The translations under genes were made by a program, and so were the position numbers. From the IMG/VR virus record IMGVR_UViG_3300025314_000006: 64,000 nucleotides of DNA. The stretch is one strand, 5' to 3'. Shown piece after piece: positions 19,916-28,213 of this stretch. Every line of letters begins with the position of its first letter. Within the stretch, counting starts at the first letter, position 1. A model generated the notes under the pieces. The model made no database searches and had not been told where the DNA came from. It saw nothing but the letters and a program-made list of their open reading frames with translations. This DNA comes from a virus. Its lineage: Duplodnaviria; Caudoviricetes.

Positions 19916-20566
19916 CTATTTTAATTGACCCATTTTTTTCATATCAGAAAAATAATCAAGCTTATGTAGTTTTTGTAAAGTGAATATGAAGCCAGATTTA
20001 TCATCTTCTGAAGGATTGTGTATTCTGCAATAATCTAAAAGCTTATCTTCTGGAATGTTTTTTATCTTTTTGTAGATTTGTTTTAAATCATTGAAAAAAT
20101 CATTCTTCACAGAAAATAATTTATCTTTTGATTTTTTAAGATTAATAAGTAATGGAATCGATTCTTTATCCATATTAAATTCAAAATCATCATCATATAA
20201 TTGATGGTTCATTATTGGATTGTTTTTAATTCTTAACTCTATATCTTTTAATAATTCTGAAAAAAAGTTATAAGGCCCTAATATATAATCGAAATCTTTG
20301 CCGGCACCAGATGTTAAATTTTTTGTTTGTTTTTTCCAATAAACAAATATTTTAGCCCTCCATTTATCATTTTTTTCTGCAAATATTATTTTAAAAGTAT
20401 AATTAGGAAATTTGTTTTGAAATTTATGAGAGAACGTCCATTGATTTAATCCATTTTTTTCAAAAAATCCAGTGTACAAAAAATCTTTTAAAAAAGGAGA
20501 AAGCCTTTTTATTGTTTTGGCAACTTTTTCTGCTTGAGTTTTAGTAAATTTATCTATATTGTTCAC
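19916..20566 (-). CDS. Hypothetical protein
   Basis: 216-aa ORF preceded by CTATTTA. Confidence 0.7.
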   Translation of the reverse strand: MNNIDKFTKTQAEKVAKTIKRLSPFLKDFLYTGFFEKNGLNQWTFSHKFQNKFPNYTFKIIFAEKNDKWRAKIFVYWKKQTKNLTSGAGKDFDYILGPYNFFSELLKDIELRIKNNPIMNHQLYDDDFEFNMDKESIPLLINLKKSKDKLFSVKNDFFNDLKQIYKKIKNIPEDKLLDYCRIHNPSEDDKSGFIFTLQKLHKLDYFSDMKKMGQLK

Positions 20567-20594
20567 AATTATAAATAGGAACGTTTTTATCTAT

Positions 20595-20624
20595 TTGCAA
20601 CAAGCATCACAAAAATTCGTTTAA
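20595..20624 (+). promoter_or_regulatory. Bipartite motif TTGCAACA-N15-CGTTTAA upstream of array gene A
   Basis: Exact copy ending 6 nt before the ATG at 20631. Confidence 0.65.
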
Positions 20625-20630
20625 ATAGTT

Positions 20631-21077
20631 ATGAACCATTCGAAACTAAAAGAAAAGCAAAAAGAAACTAAGAATACGCCATGGACAAAACTTGGGATAA
20701 AGGTAGATTTGTGTTCGTTTTTGACGAGGAAAGTGCTGGTTGAAAAGTTTTCTCCTCAAAAAGCTAAAGAATCAGAAATGAAAGAGTTTTTTATTTCGAA
20801 GATTGATGGGTGTGAATTATTTATTCATAATAACTATGAAAATTACGTTTTTTATATAAAAGAAACCAATGGAAACAAAGAAATTTTAATGGAAAAAAAT
20901 GAAAAAAACAAGACATTTTATATAAAACATGATGGCATATGGTCAGTTTTTGAGAGCCGATACATGCTCCAATATGATGAGATTCAGTCACTTACGCAAG
21001 GATACCTTTTAGACAGTTTAAATTCTAAAGGGTATAAAACAATTGGGTATTTTTTTCATAATTGGGGACCCTTTTAG
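20631..21077 (+). CDS. Array-associated protein A (unknown function); C-terminus encoded by repeat 1 and spacer 1
   Basis: 148 aa; ends LLDSLNSKGYKT-IGYFFHNWGPF with the TAG stop inside repeat 2; paralog of 24116..24550. Confidence 0.8.
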   Translation: MNHSKLKEKQKETKNTPWTKLGIKVDLCSFLTRKVLVEKFSPQKAKESEMKEFFISKIDGCELFIHNNYENYVFYIKETNGNKEILMEKNEKNKTFYIKHDGIWSVFESRYMLQYDEIQSLTQGYLLDSLNSKGYKTIGYFFHNWGPF

Positions 21078-21237
21078 ACAGTTTAAATTCTAAAGGGTAT
21101 AAAACGGATAAATGTGGATGGAATACATAAGGTTGACTTTTAGACAGTTTAAATTCTAAAGGGTATAAAACGGATAAATGTGGATGGAATACATAAGGTT
21201 GACTTTTAGACAGTTTAAATTCTAAAGGGTATAAAAC
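21006..21237 (+). CRISPR. CRISPR-like repeat-spacer array A (4 repeats, 3 spacers; no cas gene in window)
   Basis: 35-nt repeat CTTTTAGACAGTTTAAATTCTAAAGGGTATAAAAC at 21006, 21071, 21137, 21203. Spacers are 30, 31 and 31 nt; spacers 2 and 3 are identical. The architecture is certain, CRISPR function is not. Confidence 0.5.
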
Positions 21238-21244
21238 TTAAAAA

Positions 21245-22165
21245 TTACCTTTTACTACTATTTTTAGATTTATTTGCAGCATCCTTTTCTGCTTTATTCT
21301 GTTTTTCTATTTCTTCAGATATTCTATTTATTGTCCATCTTCTATCAACTGTAGTCATTTCATAAGCCTGATTTCTTGTTATTCCTTTACCATAATAATA
21401 AGCCAAAAAACATTCTTCATTCACGGTGTTTCTGTGAGTTTCTGGAAGAGATAAAAATTCTTCATCTATTTTAACAATATCTTTTAATTTATAATCACAA
21501 GACGGGCAAGTATGCATTATTGTCTCTTCAAATCCCGGTTCAACTTTATCCATGAATTCTCTTAAAGACTTAGAATCTTTAATTTTCATAGATTTTAGAT
21601 AATTGATAATATATTGTTTATCTGTTTTATCATTAATGGAAGTTATTTGAGTTAAGTATCTACTCATGAGTTGTTTATTTTTCATGAGATGTGATTTATA
21701 AACTCTTAATGGTTCAAAATTTATCTGAATTGGATTTTCTAAAAACAAACTGCTTGGAACTATGTACTCAAATTCTCCATTTTCATTTGGAGGAACATTT
21801 ATTTCCTTCGCTTCTATTTTGGAAATTTTAAATTGACCTTTTGATTTTGTTTCACATTCCGGACAAACAAACTCCATTTCAATTTCATCACCAAAAGTAA
21901 CAGACCTAAGAAATAATAAAATAGCATCCCTATCACACACTAAGAGTTCTTCATATTCCAAATCGGAATTTAGAATAACATTATTCATTAAAATTTTTAT
22001 AGCATTACCTCTTTGTGCTAAATATGGAGAAGACAATAAAATCTCATCATAACCAGTAAGAGCTCTTACTTGTATATGCGATGTTCCATCTTTGTAAAAA
22101 AGTCCCATCGATGGTAGATAAATCTCATCAAATGGGACTTTTAATAGTTCAGGTGTAGGTTTCAT
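21245..22165 (-). CDS. Baseplate hub assembly / tail assembly chaperone (T4 gp26-like)
   Basis: DEIYLPSMGLFY...VRALTGYDEILLSSP...DRDAILLFLR...CPEC, second CPSC near the C-terminus. Confidence 0.7.
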   Translation of the reverse strand: MKPTPELLKVPFDEIYLPSMGLFYKDGTSHIQVRALTGYDEILLSSPYLAQRGNAIKILMNNVILNSDLEYEELLVCDRDAILLFLRSVTFGDEIEMEFVCPECETKSKGQFKISKIEAKEINVPPNENGEFEYIVPSSLFLENPIQINFEPLRVYKSHLMKNKQLMSRYLTQITSINDKTDKQYIINYLKSMKIKDSKSLREFMDKVEPGFEETIMHTCPSCDYKLKDIVKIDEEFLSLPETHRNTVNEECFLAYYYGKGITRNQAYEMTTVDRRWTINRISEEIEKQNKAEKDAANKSKNSSKR

Positions 22166-22185
22166 AAATCTTAACTATTTGAAAA

Positions 22186-23076
22186 TCAGACCTTTGCATT
22201 TGGCCAGAAAAGCCGAGCTGTAATCGGAACCACATCTTCATAAACATGTCCGCAATTTTTACATTCAAATTCGTGATCCATATCAACTCCTGGTTCGATT
22301 ATTCCAATATATTCTCTTAAAAAATAACTATCAGAAATTGGCATACCAGCAATTGCATTACTAATATATATTTTATCTCTAACTCCATTCATTTCCATTA
22401 TTTGAAGAAGATATCTTTCAGTAAGTAAATTGGAAGTTCCAGTGCTCTTTTTTATTTTTTTCATAGATTCTACTTTCTTAGCAAGATAATCTTCATCTTT
22501 ACCAGTAAGAAGTCTGAATTTAACCACCATTTTCATCTTTGGAAGCTTAATTGAAAATTCTCCATTTTGGTCAGGCTCTCCTTCTAAAGTTTTATATTTC
22601 AAAGATGAAAGCTTAACAGAAGTTTTATATTGCTCAGTACAATCAGGACAAGTCATCTTAACTTCATAATCATCTCCATAGCCGGTAGAACGTAAAGATA
22701 ATAAAACAGCGTTCTTATCACCTGTAAGCATATCATTCGGACGTAGAGTCTTATCAATTATAGCATGCTCCAAAAGAACGTCTAACACTTTACCATTCTT
22801 AATTAAATCAGGACTTGTTAAAATATTTTCATCTTCTGCAGTCAAATACTTAACCTTTAATGTTTTTTGACCATTTGGATAGTATTTTCCTTGTGAAGGG
22901 AGTTCTATCTCGTCTGTAGGAACCATAAATTCCGTATCGATAAATTGTGCCGGTACTCCAGAACTGTCAGACATACTTTTAATATGTTCAGCTTGCTGAT
23001 TAGTATTATTAGTTGTTTGTGGTGCATCTACACCTTTTTTACCTCCAAGGGTAATTGAATCATTTTTTTCTTCCAT
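22186..23076 (-). CDS. Baseplate hub assembly / tail assembly chaperone (T4 gp26-like), tandem paralog
   Basis: DEIELPSQGKYY...VKYLTAEDENILTSPDL...GDKNAVLLSLR...CPDC...CKNCG. Confidence 0.75.
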   Translation of the reverse strand: MEEKNDSITLGGKKGVDAPQTTNNTNQQAEHIKSMSDSSGVPAQFIDTEFMVPTDEIELPSQGKYYPNGQKTLKVKYLTAEDENILTSPDLIKNGKVLDVLLEHAIIDKTLRPNDMLTGDKNAVLLSLRSTGYGDDYEVKMTCPDCTEQYKTSVKLSSLKYKTLEGEPDQNGEFSIKLPKMKMVVKFRLLTGKDEDYLAKKVESMKKIKKSTGTSNLLTERYLLQIMEMNGVRDKIYISNAIAGMPISDSYFLREYIGIIEPGVDMDHEFECKNCGHVYEDVVPITARLFWPNAKV

Positions 23077-23158
23077 TTTTGTATGTTTTTATAATAGATA
23101 GTCTATAGAAATTTTTTGGTTCTTTAAAATTAACTTACTCTTGTAAAAAAGTGAATAA

Positions 23159-23629
23159 TTGTTTAATTTTAATATTATGAACGATAAAAAATTTGGGATT
23201 ATAGAAATACGAGATGGAGAAACGGTAAGAACTTATGAAGGACTATTTGAAATTCCTAAAATAAAAGTTGATATTGTTGAATATCAAGGATTTTATATGC
23301 CAACAAATAGAGCATGGGAAGATATTGAATTAAATTTTTTTGATTATTGTGATATTAGAAATCTTATATGGATTGATGAATGGTTGATAGAGCAATGTGA
23401 TATAGCAACTGGACTAACGATGCGTGCTGTTGACTATAAAAAGGACATCATTTTTAAAATTGGTGAATACCAATGGAATTTGTACGGTTGTTTTCTTAGA
23501 GATGTTAGTGATAATTTATTGAAAGCATTGACAAGAAGAGTTTTAGTTGAAAGGATAGGTTATCCAACAATGCAAATTTCAAAAACAATAGTATTAAATA
23601 TTGATAGAGCTATGTTAGTAGATATTTAA
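23159..23629 (+). CDS. Divergent tail-tube (gp19-like) paralog
   Basis: WEDIELNFFD...DEWL...TG...DYKKDI...WNLYGCFL parallels the tube gene at 63669. Confidence 0.5.
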   Translation: MFNFNIMNDKKFGIIEIRDGETVRTYEGLFEIPKIKVDIVEYQGFYMPTNRAWEDIELNFFDYCDIRNLIWIDEWLIEQCDIATGLTMRAVDYKKDIIFKIGEYQWNLYGCFLRDVSDNLLKALTRRVLVERIGYPTMQISKTIVLNIDRAMLVDI

Positions 23630-24062
23630 ATCTTGACTTTGTTAATTCGTAATTCTTTTTTAAATCATCTTCCCAAACTCTTTCTAATTCATATCCGTTA
23701 TTTTTTGCTATCGCATTTTTTTTAATATCATTGTAAAATGTTCTTTTCTGCATTTGAGACATTTCTTTCAATTCTTTATCTTTTGCATGCCAAAAAATTC
23801 CATCCGTTTCAACAAGCATGTTTTTACTTGGTATATAAAAATCATATATTTTTCCACCAACAATCTTTTGAGTTTCGTATTCAATATTTAATTCTTCTAA
23901 TAAGCTTGCGAAGGATTTTTCCGGAGCTGTAGGATTTTTATCCATTTTTTTGGCCATACCCTCAATATAAGCTTGTTTTTGCTTTTGAGTTCTGGGACGA
24001 TTTAGAGCATGCCTTTTAATTCCTCTTAAAATAGATGCTGTAGTTTTTTTCTTCTTTGCCAT
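23610..24062 (-). CDS. DUF559/Vsr-like PD-(D/E)xK endonuclease
   Basis: PTAPEKSF...YDFYIPSKNMLVETDGIFWH...DIKKNAIA...GYELERVWE. Confidence 0.8.
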   Translation of the reverse strand: MAKKKKTTASILRGIKRHALNRPRTQKQKQAYIEGMAKKMDKNPTAPEKSFASLLEELNIEYETQKIVGGKIYDFYIPSKNMLVETDGIFWHAKDKELKEMSQMQKRTFYNDIKKNAIAKNNGYELERVWEDDLKKNYELTKSRFKYLLT

Positions 24063-24115
24063 CTGTAATAAATAGATAAAGAAACAATATGATAGGATTT
24101 TACGTTTAAACAGTT

Positions 24116-24550
24116 ATGAGTCAATCAAAATTAAGAGAAAATCGAGAAAAAGTTAGTGATACACCATGGACAAACCTTGGTATAAAATTGGACTTATGTT
24201 CATTTTTGACGAGGAAAGTATTGGTTGAAAAGTTTTCTCCTCAAAAATCGAAAGAAATAGAAATGCGGAATTTCTTTATTTCTAAGATTGATGGATGTGA
24301 GATATATTTAAACTCGAAGCATCCGGATTCCGTTTTTTACGTCAAAAATAAAGAGATTTTAGTGGAAAAATATGAAAAAAACAAGGCGTTTTACATAAAA
24401 TATACCGACTTTTGGTCAGTTTTTGAGAGCCGATACATGCTCCAACATAATGAGATTCAGTCATTTACACAGATTACCCTTGAAGAGGGTCTAAAATCTA
24501 ACGGTTATAAAACTTTCCAACAATTCGAACATACCCCTTATCAACCTTGA
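24116..24550 (+). CDS. Array-associated protein B (unknown function); C-terminus encoded by repeat 1 and spacer 1
   Basis: 144 aa; ends TLEEGLKSNGYKT-FQQFEHTPYQP with the TGA stop inside repeat 2; roughly 60% identical to protein A by eye. Confidence 0.8.
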   Translation: MSQSKLRENREKVSDTPWTNLGIKLDLCSFLTRKVLVEKFSPQKSKEIEMRNFFISKIDGCEIYLNSKHPDSVFYVKNKEILVEKYEKNKAFYIKYTDFWSVFESRYMLQHNEIQSFTQITLEEGLKSNGYKTFQQFEHTPYQP

Positions 24551-24780
24551 AGAGGGTCTAAAATCTAACGGTTATAAAACTCAACCCTATATAGAATGCT
24601 TAATTGCAATCCTTGAAGAGGGTCTAAAATCTAACGGTTATAAAACGTTCAAATTCACGCATGCGGAAAATGAACTGCCTTGAAGAGGGTCTAAAATCTA
24701 ACGGTTATAAAACCAGCATCAAGATATTCTTTCAGTGTGAACGTCCCTTGAAGAGGGTCTAAAATACAACGGTTATAAAC
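24478..24780 (+). CRISPR. CRISPR-like repeat-spacer array B (5 repeats, 4 unique spacers; no cas gene in window)
   Basis: 36-nt repeat CCTTGAAGAGGGTCTAAAATCTAACGGTTATAAAAC at 24478, 24545, 24611, 24678, plus a degenerate copy at 24746. Spacers are 31, 30, 31 and 32 nt. Confidence 0.6.
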
Positions 24781-25128
24781 TTAAAATAACTCATTTTTTG
24801 TTAAAGATAAAGTTTCAAATCTTTTTTCGCCGTAAACCCAATATTCTTTTATTCCATTTGGATAAATTATGGCTGGCTTAAAGTGACCTCTGTGAATTTT
24901 TCCATGAAAATAATATCCTTCAATGCCAGATGAATGTATTGTGGCTGGTTGATCATTGTCTCTGTGTAACTTTCCGTCTTTATCAAAAAAATTATCCAAA
25001 GTTCCGTCTTTTTCATAAAATATAACTCGTTTTTCTTTCCAAGTATCTTTATGGTACCAAATTTTAGTATGGCCATAATCTTCATAGGGTTGTCTAAAAA
25101 ATTCAGTTATGACAAATCGTTCCAACAT
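24781..25128 (-). CDS. Protein with LHR.D.PA (MORN-variant-like) repeats
   Basis: KLHRDNDQPATIHSSG...KIHRGHFKPAIIYPNGIKEYW. Confidence 0.6.
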   Translation of the reverse strand: MLERFVITEFFRQPYEDYGHTKIWYHKDTWKEKRVIFYEKDGTLDNFFDKDGKLHRDNDQPATIHSSGIEGYYFHGKIHRGHFKPAIIYPNGIKEYWVYGEKRFETLSLTKNELF

Positions 25129-25451
25129 TATAAAACCTTAAATTCACTTATGTTTTGTTTTTTAAAGGATTTCTCCATCAATTTTGAAGCGTCAAGTCCT
25201 TGTTCCTTAAAAAATTCTTGAATTGTAGGTACTGCTAAGTCGTAATAATCTTCTAACATTTCTTCATATTTTTCGATTTCAGACTCGCTTAATCCTTCTC
25301 TATTTAATTCAAATCCGCGAACGTATTTAACATCATCTTTATCATAATTTTTAATTGAATTCGAAGATTCTTTTAAGAAAACCGGTCTTAGGATTTCTCT
25401 GTTTGATGTAGTTCCATCATCCTTTTTGTAGATAAATTTAGCTTTTTCCAT
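25128..25451 (-). CDS. Hypothetical protein
   Basis: 107-aa ORF coupled to the downstream gene by a one-base overlap. Confidence 0.7.
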   Translation of the reverse strand: MEKAKFIYKKDDGTTSNREILRPVFLKESSNSIKNYDKDDVKYVRGFELNREGLSESEIEKYEEMLEDYYDLAVPTIQEFFKEQGLDASKLMEKSFKKQNISEFKVL

Positions 25452-25546
25452 AATTTTTTATTTTTTATAGTATTGATTTTGTTGTATTTAGATTGTTTTG
25501 CCAGTTTTTATTTTTTTTCTTTCTAATTATTTAAAAGAACGGAATT

Positions 25547-26134
25547 ATGTTAGAACTTGAAAAAACACCAGTATTTGTTAATGTTGTTAAAGATAATAAA
25601 AACAATTCTTATATACAAAAAAACAATCTACTTATGTTAGGTTTTTTTAGCTGGAATGATTTAATGGAAAAATTAGTTGGCGTTAAATTTTCATTAATCA
25701 ATTTTATTATAGCAATTTTTGTTGGATTTTCTTCATTTATAACACATTATATTTATAATGATGCTAAGGCAGTTTTTTTTATGTTAGGATTAGTCGGATT
25801 AGATGCAATATTTGGTATTATCAGAGCATTAAAAAACAAAACATTTTCCAGCGCCAGGCTTCCACGCATAATCATCGTCATGCTTACGTACAGCGGGTGT
25901 TTGGCTACTGGTACCGCATTAGCGAAATTTAGCACTTTATATAGTTTTATCCCCGGAATTCTAATTTCCGCATTTTGTACAACTAGCATAGTTTCTATTT
26001 GGGAAAATTTACATCTTTTAAAATTAATATCAGATGATGTTTATAATATGCTTTCAAAAAAATTAAATGCTTTACAAATATTATTGTTTGGAGGATTTAA
26101 TGTTCTAAATAAAAAGAATAAAAAGAAAAAATAA
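25547..26134 (+). CDS. Holin (phage holin 4-1 family-like)
   Basis: Multiple TM segments; LDAIFGIIRALKNKTFSS and SIWENL motifs; basic C-terminal tail. Confidence 0.7.
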   Translation: MLELEKTPVFVNVVKDNKNNSYIQKNNLLMLGFFSWNDLMEKLVGVKFSLINFIIAIFVGFSSFITHYIYNDAKAVFFMLGLVGLDAIFGIIRALKNKTFSSARLPRIIIVMLTYSGCLATGTALAKFSTLYSFIPGILISAFCTTSIVSIWENLHLLKLISDDVYNMLSKKLNALQILLFGGFNVLNKKNKKKK

Positions 26135-26163
26135 TCACATCTTAATAAATAATATTAATAATA

Positions 26164-26200
26164 TAAGCGTTAATTTATAAATTAACGCTTTGTTTTTTTA
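26164..26200 (+). terminator. Rho-independent terminator
   Basis: AAGCGTTAAT-TTATAA-ATTAACGCTT followed by a T tract. Confidence 0.7.
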
Positions 26201-26221
26201 TTTATACTATTTATATTTGTA

Positions 26222-26410
26222 ATGACAACAATTTTTCTAAAAATCATGGGACGACAAAAACAAAAAATAACAAGAAACAAACACATTCAGATACGACTGG
26301 AAGAAACAATTAAAAATGATTATTTTAACATTTGTAAAAAAAACAAAATTAAGTTTTCAAAACACATAAGAGATTTTATTTTAGATACCATTGATAAGGA
26401 AATAATTTAA
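26222..26410 (+). CDS. Ribbon-helix-helix-like small DNA-binding protein
   Basis: KHIQIRLEETIKNDYFNICKKNKIKFSKHIRDFI; directly upstream of an endonuclease gene. Confidence 0.55.
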   Translation: MTTIFLKIMGRQKQKITRNKHIQIRLEETIKNDYFNICKKNKIKFSKHIRDFILDTIDKEII

Positions 26411-26424
26411 ACTCAAAACACAGA

Positions 26425-28209
26425 ATGGACATACAGGAATTAGCACAAAAAATATCAATAGAAAATTTAGATAAATTAAATAAAAAAGAAGTTAAACAAT
26501 ACACTTTGCTTAATAAAGAATTTCATAAATCATTAAGAAAAATATTTATTGACTTAAATTGTTTTAAAAATCATGGTGCATATGATTATATTTATGTTAT
26601 AAATTCATTGAATTATTCTTTAGAAACATTTGAAGATTTACAGATTTTTATAAAAAAATTTTTAACAAACAAAAAAAGAGATGTGAGTTTCGAAAAGTTA
26701 ACATTAATTTCAAAAATTAATGAAAAAATTTTACCTCAAATAATTAAATTCACAAATAATTATCCATCTGATATTGTTAATGTTGTAAGATGTTCGATGA
26801 TAATTCAAAATATAAAAACATTTCCTACATGTTTGCATTGCGGAATTAAACCAGTATATTATTTTCAATCAAAGATAGGAATATACTGTTCTAAGGAATG
26901 TGCTTATAATTCTGATGGCAGGGCACAAAAAACGTTTGACACTAAACTAAAATTATATAACAATGGACATTATACTAATACAGAAAAAAGCAAAGTAACT
27001 ATTATAAATAAATATGGAGTTAATCACATATCTCATATACCTGGATTTGCAGATAAAGTTAAACAAACAAAATTAGAAAATTTTGGAGATGAAAATTACA
27101 ACAATAGAGAGCAGGCTAAAGAAACCTGTATTGAAAAATATGGAGTTGAAAATGTTTTACAATTAAAAGAAACGCAGAATAAAATAAATATAACCAAATT
27201 AAAAACATTATCATCATTTAAAATTATGAATATTTCAGAGATTGTTGATATTATTTTAAAAAATAAATTATATAATTTTTCTCAAAAAAAGTTCAATAAA
27301 TACAAAAAACAAAACCCGGAATTTAAATTTAATTTTTTGCGACATCGTAAAAACTTTATGTTTGGTCACAATAATTATGATATAGATATAATAAAATTAT
27401 TTTATTCCATATCTTATAAAATTCAAACTTTTGATGAAGTTAAGTTATTTATTAACACTTTTATTATTAACGGCAAAAATCATATTCATGAAAATGTTCT
27501 TAATTTTTTTACAGAAAAATTCCGTCTTGATTTAAAAGATAAAATTTTAGAAATGACCAAAAATTTTCCAAATAAAATATCTATGGTTGGCAGAAGTTTA
27601 TTAATTTCCAAAAACATAAAAGAGTTTCCTAAGTGTTTAACATGTGAAAAAAATCCAGTTTCTTGGTCAAATTCGTCAAAACTTGGAATATATTGTTCTA
27701 AAAAATGTGCGGACGCATCTTGTGTTAAGCATAATAAAAGTAAAATAACAAACATAGAAAGATATGGAGTAGAAAATGTCATGCATAATCAAAATATTTT
27801 CGAGAGAAGTCAGAAAAATGGCTTTAAAATGTATAAATACAAAGATACCTCTTTAAATTATCAAGGTAAATATGAATTATATTTTTTAGAACTAATGGAA
27901 AATGCAGGACTGTTAAATGAAATTAAAAGAGGTCCAAGTTTCAAATATAAATGGGAAAATAAAATTACTACATATTATTCTGATTTTTTGTTTAAAGAAA
28001 GAATAATTGAAATAAAGTCAGTATGGACATATGATAGTAAAGGGAAAGATATTAAAAAAGGACTGAAAAATGAAGCAAAATGGCAATCCGTAAGAGAGTG
28101 TGGTATGGAAATAGATATTATAATAGATGATGATAAAAAAATAAAAATCTTAGAATATGTTACAACAATTGCACAAACATTAAATAAAAATTCGGAAGTA
28201 AAATCGTAA
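26425..28209 (+). CDS. Putative homing endonuclease: Zn-finger and KYGV repeats plus C-terminal PD-(D/E)xK domain
   Basis: Duplicated FP.CL.C...YCSK.CA module; KETCIEKYGVEN repeats; YQGKYE...YYSDF...IIEIKSVWTY. Confidence 0.7.
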   Translation: MDIQELAQKISIENLDKLNKKEVKQYTLLNKEFHKSLRKIFIDLNCFKNHGAYDYIYVINSLNYSLETFEDLQIFIKKFLTNKKRDVSFEKLTLISKINEKILPQIIKFTNNYPSDIVNVVRCSMIIQNIKTFPTCLHCGIKPVYYFQSKIGIYCSKECAYNSDGRAQKTFDTKLKLYNNGHYTNTEKSKVTIINKYGVNHISHIPGFADKVKQTKLENFGDENYNNREQAKETCIEKYGVENVLQLKETQNKINITKLKTLSSFKIMNISEIVDIILKNKLYNFSQKKFNKYKKQNPEFKFNFLRHRKNFMFGHNNYDIDIIKLFYSISYKIQTFDEVKLFINTFIINGKNHIHENVLNFFTEKFRLDLKDKILEMTKNFPNKISMVGRSLLISKNIKEFPKCLTCEKNPVSWSNSSKLGIYCSKKCADASCVKHNKSKITNIERYGVENVMHNQNIFERSQKNGFKMYKYKDTSLNYQGKYELYFLELMENAGLLNEIKRGPSFKYKWENKITTYYSDFLFKERIIEIKSVWTYDSKGKDIKKGLKNEAKWQSVRECGMEIDIIIDDDKKIKILEYVTTIAQTLNKNSEVKS

Positions 28210-28213
28210 CATT

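Noticed and set aside
23610-24062. DUF559 nuclease as the effector of array B
   Set aside because: It is adjacent and divergent, but array A has no such neighbour and similar nucleases are scattered across the window; adjacency alone is weak.
20631-24780. Calling the arrays a complete CRISPR-Cas, TIGR-Tas or diversity-generating retroelement
   Set aside because: No cas1/cas2/effector, Nop-domain or reverse transcriptase gene is recognisable in the window. The 65-68 nt units do not fit the 36-nt dual-spacer TIGR unit. Spacers are unrelated to each other rather than adenine-mutated copies of a template.
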